Below are positions 1-12,852 of a stretch of 64,000 nt of DNA, one piece after another. Each line of letters opens with the position of its first letter. The stretch's first letter is position 1. Source of the stretch: Prionailurus viverrinus (Eukaryota); NCBI RefSeq assembly GCF_022837055.1, contig NC_062576.1, positions 18,222,144 to 18,286,143 of the forward strand, read 5' to 3'. A model generated the notes under the pieces. That model saw only the letters and a list, made by a program, of their open reading frames with translations, was not told where the DNA came from and did not search any database. Position numbers and translations under genes: made by a program.

Positions 1-212
1 TGGCTCAATCAGTGGAGCATCCAACTTTGGCTCAGGTCATGATCTCACAGTTGTGAGTTCGATCCCCACATCGAGCTCTGTGCTGACAGCTTAGAGCCTG
101 CAGGCTGCTTTGGACTCTGTGTTTCCCTCTCTCTCGGTCCCTCCCCCACTCACCCTCTGTCTCTGTCTCTGTCTCAAAAATAAATAAACATTAAGAAATT
201 AAAAAAAAAAAA
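1..212 (+). mobile_element. CAN-SINE (SINEC_Fc type), 5' end truncated by the window edge
   Basis: ...GGCTCAGGTCATGATCTCACAGTTGTGAGTTCGATCCCCACATCGAGCTCTGTGCTGACAGC...CTGTCTCAAAAATAAATAAACATTAAG with an A-rich tail. Confidence 0.9.
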
Positions 213-479
213 GAGCAGACCCCTGGGTCAATGAATGCTACTAGCAGGGAGGGAACAATATCTACTTAGAACGTAATATCTTTGTTTAACCTTGTATTTA
301 TTTTCATGTTTTACTTTCTATTTATGGCACGTGATAACTGGTTTTCCATTTGCAGAAGTGATACAAAAAAATGTTCCTTCTAAAATCAATTTATTCAGCA
401 AATAGGAAATCATCTTAAGGAAAAATATGAAGTAAATAATAGTACAGGTGGTAAAGTGATAAGGCAAAAATCCTAACAT

Positions 480-3350
480 TCGTGACTGAAGTTTGGGAAA
501 TCGGGCCCCCCTTCCCTCCCCGTGCCGGGAGTGCATCTCCTTTTCCTCTCCCCAGCTCCTGGCTCCCCTCCCAGGGGGCGGCCAGCTGATACAGATGGCT
601 GCGGAATCAAGGACATCTCTGGGCTCCATTTCTACCGGGTGAGGCATTATAAATAAGCCTGTCATGGGGCAAATCTGTCTGGATTGATCCAGCAAGCTGG
701 GAGGGAGGATGGCCAGAGGCCGCACACCGGGAGCTGCTCTTCCCCAGGGACAGTGTTCCTTTCCACATTGGATCAAACTCCGATCGCTTCGGCGGGCCTC
801 CCTCACCCCGGAGGGGTCAGAGTCAGCGGGCTGCCATGTTCAACCTTAATGGGACGGCTGCCCCCTGACCTCCCTTGACTCGAGGTCCTAGCTGGAGGCA
901 AGGAGGGGCCTCTCCAATTTGGCTGCCCAAGTTTCCTGTGGCAAGTTGGGGGTCAAAGCTACAGTTGGGATGTAATAAGACGCTCCTTTGCCTGGCCTTG
1001 ACCTCTGTCTGTGTTTTCCTGGAGGCATGATCCGTGGCTCTGGGAGGCTGGCTTCCTGTCCTCTCCTGCTGGCAGGACTGACCCTGGTCATCTACATTCA
1101 GTCTGTTCGGCAGCCACAGGACCCCTGCACGCCGATGTTGGCATCTTAGGTGCACAGTGAAGGTGGAAGCTTCTGTGACGATCCTATTTCCTACCTGTTT
1201 GGTAGCTTGAGATCTTTCTTAATCTAGAACATGATTTTGGCGACTTCTGGCCCGTAGTCGGCCCCACCTCCAATTGTCTGTGCCGCGACCCTGGGCAGCC
1301 AGAGAGATACTTCTGGGCTTCCCCTGCAGCACAGGCTCTGTCCATGCGGTGCCTGCCCAGCCCCAGATCCAGGGAATTGAAATCCAGATGTAAAAGGCCT
1401 TGGGAGGGGTGTTCTTCCCTGTGGGCCCAAGTATGAACTTGGGCTCTTACGCTGGAGCCTCAGGGTCTTAAGGCCTCAGAGAGACCCTCTGAGGTAAGGG
1501 CTTCCTCAGTGTCTTGGAGAGGCCAGTCCTCCAGGCCCTAGGGAATCAGAACCCCACGCTGGTCCGACCTTCACGCCTCCAGAAAGCAGAGATCTGCTCC
1601 AGGGTGACCCGAGGTTGGAGGCCCCACTCCAGATCAGAGCTCCCTAGCCGCTGCCTCCGGGTCTGGGGGCTCCCCAGGTGCATGCTGGCCTCTGGCCTCT
1701 GTTCAGGCTCAGCCCAGCTCACCAGGCCCGGAGCATAGGGCCTCTCCTCCAAGGCCTGGGGCCCCCAGAAGGTGCTGCGGACTGGGGCCCTGGGTGGGCT
1801 CTGGAGGCCCAAGGAGCTGGGAGGGGAGAGTGGGGCTATAGGGGCAGGTGGGGCTGTGGCTCGGGCCTCCAAGGTGCCTCCAGAGATGGGAGGGTCTGGG
1901 GCCCCATCCATCAGCAAGGGGACCGCAGAGCCATACCAGTCTTCTGAGCGCTCTCGGGGGGTGCCCCTGGGCTCGATCCACAGTTCTCCTCCGGGGCGCC
2001 AGACCAGGGTGGGTGCACGGTTGCTGGGGTCTGGGTGCAGAGAGCGGCGGAAGAGGCGTTCGGCCAACACAGCTGTCGTTACGAGGAAGAGGGCGGCGAG
2101 GGAGGCCAGGGCCAGCATGATGGGGATGCAGGGCCCACAGGGCAGCGGGGGCCATGTAACCAGCTCCGACTCAGGGAGTCCCTCCACATGCCCAGAGGGC
2201 TGCTCTGGAGTTGAGGGCATCTGAAGAGACAGGGGTCAGGAGAGGAAGCACATGAGACAAGGTCAGCACAACCTATAGGAAGAGAGAGGCAGCGTGTGTC
2301 CAAACAAGAATGAGGGGAGAGACAGAGGCCCGAGCGGCTCCGCATCCGGCCTGGGAAACAGACCCCAGCAGACAGAGGAACAAAGAGGGCCCAGAACGGC
2401 GAGAGATAGGCAGAAGGTTGGAGAGCCAGGATCCCACCTTGGTCGGCAGCCGGCCCTCCTGCTCTGGCTCCTGAACCTGCTTCCAGACGCCCTGTCCCCC
2501 ACCCCTACTCCCGCCACCCAGACCCCGGGGTGCCTCAGACAAAACTGTAAGGGCCCCCAGAGATTCTTTCCTGCTGTCTAGGCTCCCCCCACGTCTTGCT
2601 TGGGCCTCAGAGGAAGTGGTGGGTGCAGAAACGAGAAGCTCCCCTCCCGACTCCCACCCTGCCTGTGCGCCCCCTCCCACCGCTTGGCTGGCACCTTGGG
2701 TGCTCCTGGGCCCTCACGACTCTCCTTGGATTTGGTCTTGCTCTCTGCAGGTTCCACTGAGCTTGCTGTCCTGCCAGGTCCCGGCGCCACCTCTGCACCT
2801 GTCCCCGCCTCTCCTCTCCGGCTCTGGCCCCGGGCCTGGCCAAACGTGCCTCCCTTGTTTGACTCTGCCTGCTTCTCTCTGCCCCCCAGGTCTGCCACCT
2901 GCAGGGGCCCTCACCACGCCTCACCTTAACTCAGGGCGGCCCCAGGGCTCCTGCCTCTCCCTTCAGAGCACTCCTCCTTGTGCAGGGTGTCAGGCAGTTG
3001 CCTCAGATGAGGCCGGAAGGGAGGGCACCACCTGTTGCTGGGCAACAGTGCCCCAACTCCTCTTGCCCCTGGGGAGTGTTTCCAAGGCAACCTGGGGGGA
3101 TGTGGTCAATGTGGTGGGGAGGCGTTTCCTGGCGAGAGGTGGGGCCGGAATGGGCAGTGGTTGTGTTGAACTCAGTCTCACCCCATAGCCAGGCCCCAGG
3201 CCCCTCGCTCTGCCTGATCTCGAGGTGTGGCCCTGGCCCTGGCCTGCCCACTGCACCCCTCCGAACCCGCCCCTGCCATCCAGCCCCCTCCTGCTTGACC
3301 CAGCCTTCCCCATACTTTTCATGAATATGCATCTCTTCGTCTTTAGGCCA
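480..3350. promoter_or_regulatory. GC/CpG-rich block spanning the C16orf54 coding exon and its 5' flank; probable CpG-island promoter region for the minus-strand gene
   Basis: Sustained high GC with many CpG dinucleotides and long spurious ORFs in all frames, in contrast to the AT-rich, SINE-filled flanks. Confidence 0.45.
1546..2220 (-). CDS. C16orf54: C16orf54-like single-pass transmembrane protein; complete 224-aa ORF in one coding exon
   Basis: Intact minus-strand ORF in the six-frame track (MPSTPEQPSGHVEGLPE...ISAFWRREGRTSVGF). It has a hydrophobic segment (IMLALASLAALFLVTTAVLA) followed by RLFRR and a Pro/Ser-rich tail. Its length and position immediately upstream of and opposite to ZG16 match the human 16p11.2 gene order. 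Overlapping alternate-frame ORFs are GC-content artefacts. Confidence 0.7.
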   Translation of the reverse strand: MPSTPEQPSGHVEGLPESELVTWPPLPCGPCIPIMLALASLAALFLVTTAVLAERLFRRSLHPDPSNRAPTLVWRPGGELWIEPRGTPRERSEDWYGSAVPLLMDGAPDPPISGGTLEARATAPPAPIAPLSPPSSLGLQSPPRAPVRSTFWGPQALEERPYAPGLVSWAEPEQRPEASMHLGSPQTRRQRLGSSDLEWGLQPRVTLEQISAFWRREGRTSVGF

Positions 3351-3991
3351 GTTAGCCTCAGTTTTGGTTGGAAGCCATCTGTGAGGTGAGGCGTGGGCAC
3401 CAACAAAGTAGGCCTCTTGGGAGAATTCTGTCTCCAAGACCCTGAACATTTGCCCTCCGGCCTCCCTTCTCCTGGGGTGAGGCTCGGAGGAACCTGGGAG
3501 CAAGGAGTGAGGAGGGAGTGTTGTTCAGCCACTCGGCTCCCTTCGGAGATTGTCTAGTTCCACTCGCTCGCTGACAGATGACAAGCAGGCCCCGCACACG
3601 GGTGACGTTGTGCCCCAAGTCACACAACCCATGTATACGGGAGGGACTGGAGAAGCATAGGTATAAATTCCTGGTCTGGCAAGCAACCTGAACACAATCC
3701 TTACCAGGTATTAATATTTGCTTTTGCAAAATGACAGCCATTTCATGAGAAATGCTACAAAAATATGTTGCAATGTTAGTGTCTTACAAGATGGTCACAA
3801 GGGCAGCCTGACTCACATTGGTCTGGCCCGGTGGTTTTGAGGAAAGGGCCAGAAGGAGCACAAAATGTGGCATGGGATGGGGGTAGGTGGAAATGGAGAG
3901 TCCCGAGGCTCCTGGCTTTACGACATATGCCGAAACCTGATGTGATTATAATCCGATGAGATCATAAGCCTTAAAATAAAACTGGAACTTG

Positions 3992-4212
3992 GGGCGCCTG
4001 GGTGGCTTCGTCGGTTGAGCATCCAACTTCAACTCAGGTCATGATCTCACGGTTTGTGGGTTTGAGCCCCACATTGGGCTCTATGCTGACAGCTCGGAGC
4101 CTGGAGCCTGTTTCAGATTCTGTGTCCCCCCTCTCTCTCTCTGTCCCTCCCCTACTCTCTCTCTCTCAAAAATAAATAAGCATTAAAAAATAAAATAAAA
4201 TAAAAAATAAAA
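3992..4212 (+). mobile_element. CAN-SINE with 14-bp TSD (AAAACTGGAACTTG / AAAACCTGAACTTG)
   Basis: Head GGGGCGCCTGGGTGGCTTCGTCGGTTGAGCATCC, an A-rich tail, and flanking near-identical direct repeats. Confidence 0.9.
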
Positions 4213-4260
4213 CCTGAACTTGATACCACTGAGATGGACACAAAAAATGGTTAAGATTGG

Positions 4261-5396
4261 GGCGCCTGCCTGACTCAGTCGGAAGAGCATGTTACTTTTG
4301 ACCTTGGGGTCATGAGTTCAAGCCCCACGTCGAGTGTGGAGATTACTAAAAAAATAAACTTAAAAAAAAAAAAGGTTGAGGGAACACCTGGGTGGCTCAT
4401 TCGGTGAAGCATCTGGCTCTTGATTCGGCTCAGGTCATGATCTCCTGGTTCATGGGTTCAAGCCCCAAGCTTGGGATTCTCTCTCTCCCTCTCCCTCTCC
4501 CCTCCCCCACTTGCTTGCACACACTGTCTCTCTCAAAATATATAAATAAAGTTAAAAAAAGGTTAATATAATAAATTTTGTTACATGTATTTACAACAAT
4601 AAAAAATTTTAAGTCTAAATAAATAAGTAAATAAAATCTGAAAATTATGTATGTTCTGTTTTAATCAGTGATCCCTTAAAAAAACAAAGCACTAAGGGCA
4701 CCTGGCTGGCTCAGTCGGTAGAGCATGTGACTCTTAATCTCAGGGTTGTGAGTTCAAGCCTTATGCTGGGGGTGGAACCTACTAAAATAGAATTTAAATT
4801 TAAAATTTAAACAAAACAAAACACTAGAAGGGTAAACATTATTAAAACCAGGAAGATCCGACATGATGTGGAATCCAAATGGGATGTTTTTGATTCTTAA
4901 CTATCTCTTACCACTTAAAAAATAGCTTAACATTTTTGGAGGGTGCCTGGGTGGCTCAGTTGGTTAGGCATCCAACTCTTGATTTTGGCTCAGGTCATAA
5001 TCTCATGGTTCATGAGCCCCGTATTGGGCTTTGTGCCAACAAGCGGAGCCTGCTTGGGATTCCTTCCTTCACTTCTGCTTAGATCCCCCTGTCCAATCTA
5101 GCCACCAGTATACCTTAACAGTTCTCTGCAGCCAAAGCTCACAGGCCCCATCAGAAGATAAAGGGACCTGGGGTACCTGGGTGGCTTAGTCGCTTGAGCG
5201 TCTGACTTTGGCTCAGGTCGTGATCTCACACTTCGTGAGTTTGAGCCCCGCATCGGGCTCCTCACTGACAGTGTGGAGACTGCTTGGAATTCTCTCTCTC
5301 TGCCCCTCCACCACTTGTTTTCCCTCTCCCTCTCTCTCTCTCTCTCTCTCACTCTCTCTCAAAATAAATAAATAAACTTAAAAAACGAATAAGTAA
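4261..5396 (+). mobile_element. Cluster of five further same-orientation CAN-SINEs (about 4261-4378 short type, 4382-4562, 4697-4806 short type, 4942-5090, 5169-5396)
   Basis: Each begins with a GGGGCNCCTGGNTGGCTCAGT-type head and ends in an A-rich or (CT)n tail. Together with 3992-4212 this gives six head-to-tail SINEs within about 1.4 kb. Confidence 0.85.
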
Positions 5397-6209
5397 AAAA
5401 AGAAGGTAAGGGGACCAGAACGATCTCAAGGAAGCTAAGTATGTGTAGGGGCAACTTCCCACATGGCCACTTGTGAATGGCACATGGGTCCCTTTTCTCT
5501 GCCATGATGCCACTTGGAAAGTCACTGAGGTCCATTCTATACTGAGGCTTTCTGTAGCCAGCATCTGACCCCACACCCTGTGATACATGGCTGCCCACCA
5601 GATGTTCCCAGGAGAAAGGAGGGCCCAAGGGGCTGCTACAATTTTCCCAATTCCTACGCGAAACGGGCCTGCCTGTACAAAGGTTCTTAGTCTGATTCTG
5701 GTGGAGATGGGTGGTCTCAAGAAAATGTTAAGCTTCATCCCCTCCACAACATACTTGGCTGTCACAGCCCCATTCATCACAAGAGTTTTACTACCTCCAT
5801 AGGCAGTTAACCACTGGTGATCCAATTGGAGGATCCACTTGTAGCCTGGGTGCGGGAGACTCATCCCCATCCAAACCCACCCATCTTCTAACACCCCATC
5901 CCAATGCCAAAGGGTATCAACAGGAGCCCAAAGGCATCACTCCACTGCTGTACTTTCTACATGCACAGGACTCAGTGGCCAAACTTCGTTTATTATTATT
6001 TCTATTGAACTTCACATGCTATGAAGTTCACCCAGTACAGTAGTAGTGGGTTTTAATATATTCATAAGATTGCGCAACCATTACCACTATCTAATTTCAG
6101 GACATTTTCATCACCCCAGAAAGAAACCCTGTACCCATTAGTGGTCACTCCCCATTCCCTCCTCCCCCAGACCTTGGCAACACTGTTTTCTTTTTTCAAA
6201 ATATTTCTA

Positions 6210-6412
6210 AGTGTTTATTTTTGAAAGAGAGAGAGAAAGAGAAAGAGAGAGACGGAGCAGGCAAGGGGCAGAGAGAGAGGGAGACAGAGAATCCAAAGCA
6301 GGCTTCACGCTGTCAGCGCAAAGCTGGATGTGGGTCTCCAACCCGTGAGCCACCAGATCATGACCTGAGCTGACGTTGGATGCTCAACTGACTGAGCCAC
6401 CAGGTGCCCCAA
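6210..6412 (-). mobile_element. CAN-SINE, antisense
   Basis: Reverse-complement structure: T-rich start, (GA)n, ...GGAATC..., ending ...GAGCCACCAGGTGCCCC. Confidence 0.85.
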
Positions 6413-6567
6413 CAACTGTCTGTTTTCTGTGTCTATGCATTTGCCTCTTCTGGACATTTCATATAAATGAAATCACATAACCTGCAGCGTTTTGTGCCTG
6501 GCAGCTTTCACTTCACATAATGTTTTCAGGGTTCATCCATGCTTAATGAATCAGTACCTCATTCTTC

Positions 6568-6775
6568 CTTTTTTTTTTTTTTTTTAATGTTTATTTATGT
6601 TGAGAGAGAGACTGTTGGGGGAGATACAAAGAGAGAGGAGAGAGAGAATCCCAAGCAGGCTCCACACTGTCAGCACAGAGCCAGACACGGGCCTCGATCC
6701 CACAAACCATGAGATCATGACCCGAGCTGAAGCCATGAGCCAGGCGTTCAACCAGCTGAGCCACCCAGGCGCCCC
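6568..6775 (-). mobile_element. CAN-SINE, antisense
   Basis: Poly-T at 6568-6585 and ending ...GAGCCACCCAGGCGCCCC. Confidence 0.85.
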
Positions 6776-7563
6776 AGTACTTCATTCTTTTTTTTGTACA
6801 AAAGCTGAATATTTTAGTGTATGGCTATACTACATTTTTATCCATCCATCAGTCGAGGGACACGTGGATTGTTTCTGCTTCTTGGTTATTGCAAGTAATG
6901 CTGCTGTGAACAGTCATGTATAGGTTTTTGTGTGGATATGTTTTCAGTTTCTCTTGGGTCTATAGCTGGGAGTCAGACCTCACAGTCGGATGGCAACACT
7001 GTGTTCACCTTTTTGAGGAAGTGTGGGTGACCAAATTTATAACTGCTGAGTTCATCCACCTCTCCTTACTCTCTGCTCCGGGCCCACCCTCCGACAGCAG
7101 CAACGGTTCCACAACTTCTTCCTGCACCGTGTTGGGTCCACCGTGCACTTGGCTTCTAGGAAACGTGTGGAGGCCACCAACCTCAGGCAAGAGGAGAATC
7201 AACCGTCAACAGGCATGAGGGAAGACAACCCTTCAAGAAGATGGCTGCGGTCCTTCCATGCTCACGCCACCCGTCCTGGCTGAAGCCTAAAGACCTCTTC
7301 TTATGCAATGATACTGTGACCAGAGTTCTAGGTTTTGTGTTTCAAGCTGCCTTCATTCACGCACACCCAACCCTTGTCTCACCCCTGCCTGCGGAGCATG
7401 GTGTGCTCGGATCTTGCCACGCTTCCCTGGCGACAAGAGGGAGTAGCCAGGAACGGTAGGGGAGGAGGGGCAAGTAGAGGAGCTCATGACTTGGGGTCCG
7501 TGTCACAACATGAGCTACAGTCTGAGGTCTCCAAGCAGAATGTCAGTAAAACGTTGCTTTGCA

Positions 7564-7770
7564 GGGGCGCGTGGGTGGCTCAGTGGATTAAGTGTCTGAC
7601 TTCAGCTCAGGTCATGATCTTGTGTTCTGTGAGTTTGAGCCCCATGTTGGGCTCTGTGCTGACAGCTCAGAGCCTGGAGCCTGCTCCAGATTCTGTGTCT
7701 CCCTCTCTCTCTGCCCCTCCCCTGCTCACACTCTGTCTGTCTCAAAAATAGACATTAAAAAAAAAGTTGC
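7564..7770 (+). mobile_element. CAN-SINE
   Basis: GGGGCGCGTGGGTGGCTCAGTGGATTAAGTGTCTGACTTCAGCTCAGGTCATGATC...CTCAAAAATAGACATTAAAAAAAAA. Confidence 0.9.
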
Positions 7771-8622
7771 TTTGCACTTCAGAAGGAGGCTTCAGCGGCT
7801 TCAGTGGATGAAGGAGCATACAGCCAACCTGTCAGCCAACATCTCCTGGCCATACGGAATTAAATCGTGTTCTCTGCTCTTGTGTTCTCTGAAAGGCACA
7901 ACCCCAGGTGGTGAGGAGCAGAGAAGCAGACGGCCTATGACCACATTTTATACTTGGAAACTGAGACTTAGGAGGATTGAGTAGCCCAACCGGGGTGACC
8001 AACCATTCCCATTGTGCCTGGGGCCATCCTTATTTTTATTCACTCACTCATTCATTCATTCATTCATTTTAAAATGTAAGCTCTATGCCCAACATGGGGC
8101 TTGAACTCATGACCCCAAGATCGAGAGCCACATGGTCTACTGATGAACCAGCCAGGCACCCGGGACCATCCTGGTTTTAGCACTTGAAGTTCCACATCCC
8201 AGAAAACACTTTAATTCTGGGTCAACTGAGAAAGTTGGTTGTTGTCATCCAAAGTCACACAACTCAAGTCCCAGAGCTGAATTGGAACCCAGATCTGACC
8301 GTCTCCAACCTCCTGCTGCTGAATGAATGACTTACTGAGCAGGTCAGTCATAAGAAACACCTTCAGAGTTTCAACAGAAAGGTCCAGGCACTTCCGGTTG
8401 TTCTTCCCTTCACCCTCACCCCCTCTGCAGTGGGGTCCACCCTGCTGAGAGTCCCAGCCCTCACCCGGAGCTATCTTGCTGCCAGACAGGGGATAAACAC
8501 AGGGCTGAGCTCAGGAGCTTTTTATCACTGCTCAGGGCCTGCTGGGTGGCACCTACCGGCTGCTCAGGATCCCAAGAGTCAGAGATTCCAACCTTGAGAG
8601 CTGTGAAAAATGATAAGATTGG

Positions 8623-8735
8623 GGGTGCCTGGCTGGCTCAGTCAGAGGAACATGCAAGTCTTGATCTCAGGGTCGTGAGTTCAAGCCCCACGTTGGGTAT
8701 TAGAGATAATTTAAATAAATAAACTTTAAAAAATG
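8623..8735 (+). mobile_element. Short-type carnivore tRNA-derived SINE
   Basis: GGGGTGCCTGGCTGGCTCAGTCAGAGGAACATGCAAGTCTTGATCTCAGGGTCGTGAGTTCAAGCCCCACGTTGGG...AAATAAATAAACTTTAAAAAA. Confidence 0.8.
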
Positions 8736-11026
8736 ATAAGAATGAATTAGAAAGGTCCCAAGTGCCACCTGTGTGGGGAAATCGGGGAAGGTGGAAAGAA
8801 TCTGGGCTTTGGAACCAGGCAGCCCTGGGATTAAATCTGAGGTTCCTGGCTCCACAGCTGTTGAGACCCTTGGCAATCTATTCGATTTCCATTTTTTCAT
8901 GAATTCCCAACTTGAAGGGTTGTTGGAGGGTAATATTAGATAGTTTATATAAAGCACCTCTTAAAGTAGGCATTCAGCACTTCTGTCCCCTTCCATCTTG
9001 GTCTAGCATTGTTGCTCATCTTTGAAAGGCCCTAAAGGATCTGTCCTTTCACATCTGTTCACCCACCTGAAATCTTGTTACCACTCAAGATTGTTCTATA
9101 CCAACCATCAGATTCCCCCGGGCTCTGAGCCTCCCTCCCTCTTCTCCCACTCCACTTCTGGTCCATCCCATTATACTTCTTTTCCTGGAGCCCACATCCT
9201 GGAGTCCCCTCCTGACCAGCCCTACCCAATCTCACTCCACTTCCTCTATAACCTTGACTTTGTGCTGTATTGTTCCAACCACTCTCTTCCTGGCATTTGC
9301 CAGCCTTGTCCCCCCCCCCCCCACACACACACACCTTCCTCATAAAGCTTCTGCCTGGAACCAGTACAACTACTTTCCTTTTGTCCTGTTAACAGGTTGG
9401 TGAGCCACATTGGAGAAAATCACACAACTGACCACGTGTAGTGCCCCCACCTCCACCTGGTCCCTCAGTCATGCTGTCATGTGGATCTGGGCAACGCTCT
9501 CTCTCTATCTCTCCTTTCCCTACTAGCTTTGCCCAACCTCGACTTTAACCATCAGCGCGGATACACTTTCTCTCTCTTGTGCAGAAAGCTGAGGCCTTCA
9601 GGCAGGAGCTCTCTGCCTTGTTCATTCTCAGCCTCTGAGAGTGGGGTTGGCCATGCTCACTCTTGGTTCTGTTCATGGCTTGCCTGGGGATTCTCACTGG
9701 CTTCCTCCAGTCCTGTGGGCCCTGTCTGCCCTGGTACTTTCTTCCCTCAGTGAAGGATGGTGTAGCCCACTTACTTCGTCCTCTGTGCTGATCTTCCTAC
9801 TTTGTTCCAATGTCTCTATTCCTCCTAAGCTACTGCTCCTGGCCAAGGCGCTTCTATGTGCCTAGCAATTTACTAACCCCTCTTCTCTTCTCTTTTCTTC
9901 TCTTCTCTCTCTTTTCTTTTCTTTCCTTATTAAGTAATCTCTATACCCAACATCAGGCTCGAAGTCACAAACCCAGAGATCAAGAGTCAGATGCTTCACC
10001 AACTGAGCCAGCCAAGCACCCCTGAGCACATTGCTATATCTCATTTAATCCTGTAAAGCAACCCTTGAAGTGGATCTTATCCTTCCTTTTGCAATGAGGA
10101 AACTGAGATTCAGAGACTTTAACTTGCCAGGGGAAAGCGGCAAAGCCAGGCCTCAGCCCGCTTCTCTCTTTTCACTGTGCAATTCTGGCATCTGTGACCA
10201 CACTTCCTGGCCACAGCCAGGATCCTTGTCCCCTCCTCTGGGTTTGACTGAATCCCTATGCATCCAGCTATGCTCCTTCCCTGCACTCTGAAGACCAGCT
10301 TGATTAGGTTTGCCCTTCAGGAGAGTGTGAGCCCCTCTGGGGCAGGACACTTCATTTCCACTTTCCCAGGGCCCTCAGTAGGTGCTTTTGATGTTCAGTT
10401 CAAGCTACCTTGGCCTGTGTATCAGTGGTCTCCGGTTACTTGACCATTTTGCCCTTACTCTTTTATAAGATGCGTAGACATGATGAGGTGATGATACCAG
10501 AGAAGACACGTGACATCCTCATAACCTTGATATGATAAGGCCAGAGTTGAGAAGTACTAAAATCAGTACGTCTGGCCTCAGGCGGACACACACCTTTAGT
10601 TTGCCTGCAATATATTCAATTGGGGGGCGGGGGCGGAAAACCAAACCTCACGATGTTAGCAAATGTATGGAAGGCTAGGAAAATGTGATTTAGGTTTACA
10701 ACAAAAACATGAGGGGTATTTAGGAATTTTATGATTTTCTTATTTCCACAGGATGGAGCCACTCCTTAGACGATGAGAAACAGAGAACTTCCTTGGCATC
10801 AGGCAGTGTTCTGGAACTTTACGTCCATTAACTATATCATAACCACAGCAACCTGAGGAGGTAGGCAAAATTATCGCCTTTTTGTTTGTGTGTGTGTTTT
10901 CAGACGAGAACAGAAGCAGAGAGAAGTGAAATACCTTGCCCCAGGCACCCAGCTTCTGAGTCCAGCCCTGTCTGTGCACCTCTCAAACACTCCACCCCGC
11001 GTCTGTCTTAAAAATAAACAACAATA

Positions 11027-11030
11027 TGTG

Positions 11031-11090
<60 letters not shown>
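11027..11090. repeat. Compound microsatellite (TA)n(CA)n(TA)n
   Basis: TGTGTATATATATATATATATACACACACACACACACACACATATATATATATATATATATA. Confidence 0.95.
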
Positions 11091-11289
11091 ACAGGTTTCC
11101 AAGTGACTTTAACTTTAGTTGTCCAAATCAACCTACACAAATATCTTTCTTTGAGGGGTGCTTGGCCGGCCCAGTAGGACAAGCATGTGACTCTTAATCT
11201 CAGGGTCGGGAGTTCAAGCCCCATGATGGGTATGGAGATTACTAAAAAAAAAAAAAAAAGCATAAACTTAAAAAAATTCTTTTTGCAAG

Positions 11290-11988
11290 GGGGCGCCTGG
11301 GTTGCTCAGTCGGTTAAGTGTCTGACTTTGGAGCAGGTCATGATCTCACAGTTTGTGAATTCGAGCCCAAATCAGACTCTGTGCTGATAGTGCGGAGCCT
11401 GCTTCTGATTCTCTGTCTCCCTCTCTCTCTGCCCCTCCTACACTCATTCTCTCTCTCTCTCTCTCAAAAATAAAGAAATAAACATTAAAAAAATTCTTGT
11501 GTCAAGTTGTATGATGCATTTGACAAAGATCTCCAGGATCTGAACTAAGCTAAACCATAAAAATAAAGCTAACTGCAGATGAGAAAGACAAGGCCTGCCC
11601 TCATCAACTTTATCTGAAAGAAATGAAAAAGAAAGACCATATTTTGTGAGAATTGAAGAGAGAGAAAAAAATAAACATTTACTCAGTACTTATGTGTGCT
11701 AGATCTGTGCCAGGGGCTTGACACAAATTGGTTAGACTCATTATCTCCTATCGCAGATGAACAAACTGAAGTTCGAGGATCATGGAGGAAGGGCACGAAC
11801 CAAGCTTTAAGACAAGTCTCTTGCTGGGGTTCCTGGGTGGCTCAGTCGGTTAAGTGTCTGACTTTGGCTCAGATCATGACCTGGGGGTCAGTGAGTTTGA
11901 ACCCCGTGTTGGGCTCTGTGCTGACTGTTCACAGCCTGGAGCCTGCTTCGGATTCTGTGTCCCCCTCGCTCTCTGCCCCTCCCCCACT

Positions 11989-12053
<65 letters not shown>

Positions 12054-12095
12054 TCTTTCAAAAATAAATAAACATTAAAAAAATAAAAATCTTAC
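11290..12095 (+). mobile_element. Two CAN-SINEs (about 11290-11497 and 11826-12095), the second with an (AC)n(CT)n compound tail
   Basis: GGGGGCGCCTGGGTTGCTCAGTCGGTTAAGTG... and GGGGTTCCTGGGTGGCTCAGTCGGTTAAGTG... heads, with typical tails. Confidence 0.85.
11993..12055. repeat. Compound microsatellite (CA)n(CT)n in a SINE tail
   Basis: ACACACACACACACACACACACACACACACTCTCTCTCTCTCTCTCTCTCTCTCC. Confidence 0.95.
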
Positions 12096-12295
12096 CCTTT
12101 GAGAGAGGTAGGTTTTTTTTCAAGGATTTTTTTTTTTAACAGCAGTTCAGAATAGGGAAGAAACTTTTATATTGTGAGTCAGTACATGCAGTATAGAGTA
12201 TTTGACTGAAACAGTATTTTAGGAAATAGTATTTAGTCTTGTTACATGTGATGCTCTTACTTTCTCTATTTCACTTTTCAAATGTGTTGGTCTTG

Positions 12296-12852
12296 GGGCA
12301 CCTGGGTGGCTCGGTTGAGCATCCGATTTGGTTTTGGCTCAGGTCATGATCTCAGGGTTGTGGGATTAAGCCCTGAGTCTGGCTTTGCGCTAAGCATGGA
12401 GCTTGCTTAAGATTCTCTCTCTCCCCCTCTACCCCTCTCCGCGACTCACTCTTTCAAATTAAAAAAAAAAATGTTGGTCTTGGGGCACCTGGCTGTTCTA
12501 GGGGTCATAGGTTCGAGCCCCACGTTGGGTATAGAGATTACCAAAAAAAATAATAAACTTAAAAAATATGTTGGTCTTGAGCCGTTAAAATGATTTTGTG
12601 GTCCACTAGTGAGTTAAGACCTACAGTTTAAAAAGCACTGTCCTGGGGCACCTGGGTGGCTCAGTCGGTTAGGCATCCGACTTCGGCTCAGGTCATGATC
12701 TCACGGTCCGTGAGTTCGAGCTCTGTGCTGATGGCTCGGAGCCTGGAGCCTGTTTCGGATTCTGTGTCTCCCTCTCTCTCTGACCCTCCCCCATTCATGC
12801 TGTCTCTCCCTGTCTCAAAAATAAATAAACATTAAAAAATTTTTTTAAAAAA
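12296..12852 (+). mobile_element. Three CAN-SINEs (about 12296-12478, 12482-12570 truncated short type, 12646-12852)
   Basis: Canonical heads and A-rich tails. Confidence 0.85.

Noticed and set aside
1678-3532. Multiple overlapping 90-190 aa ORFs (for example 1709..2155 -, 1772..2224 +, 2616..3188 +, 2990..3532 -)
   Set aside because: These are alternate-frame artefacts of the GC-rich C16orf54 exon and its flank. Only the 1546..2220 (-) frame gives a protein with a start codon, a TM helix and the expected orthology.
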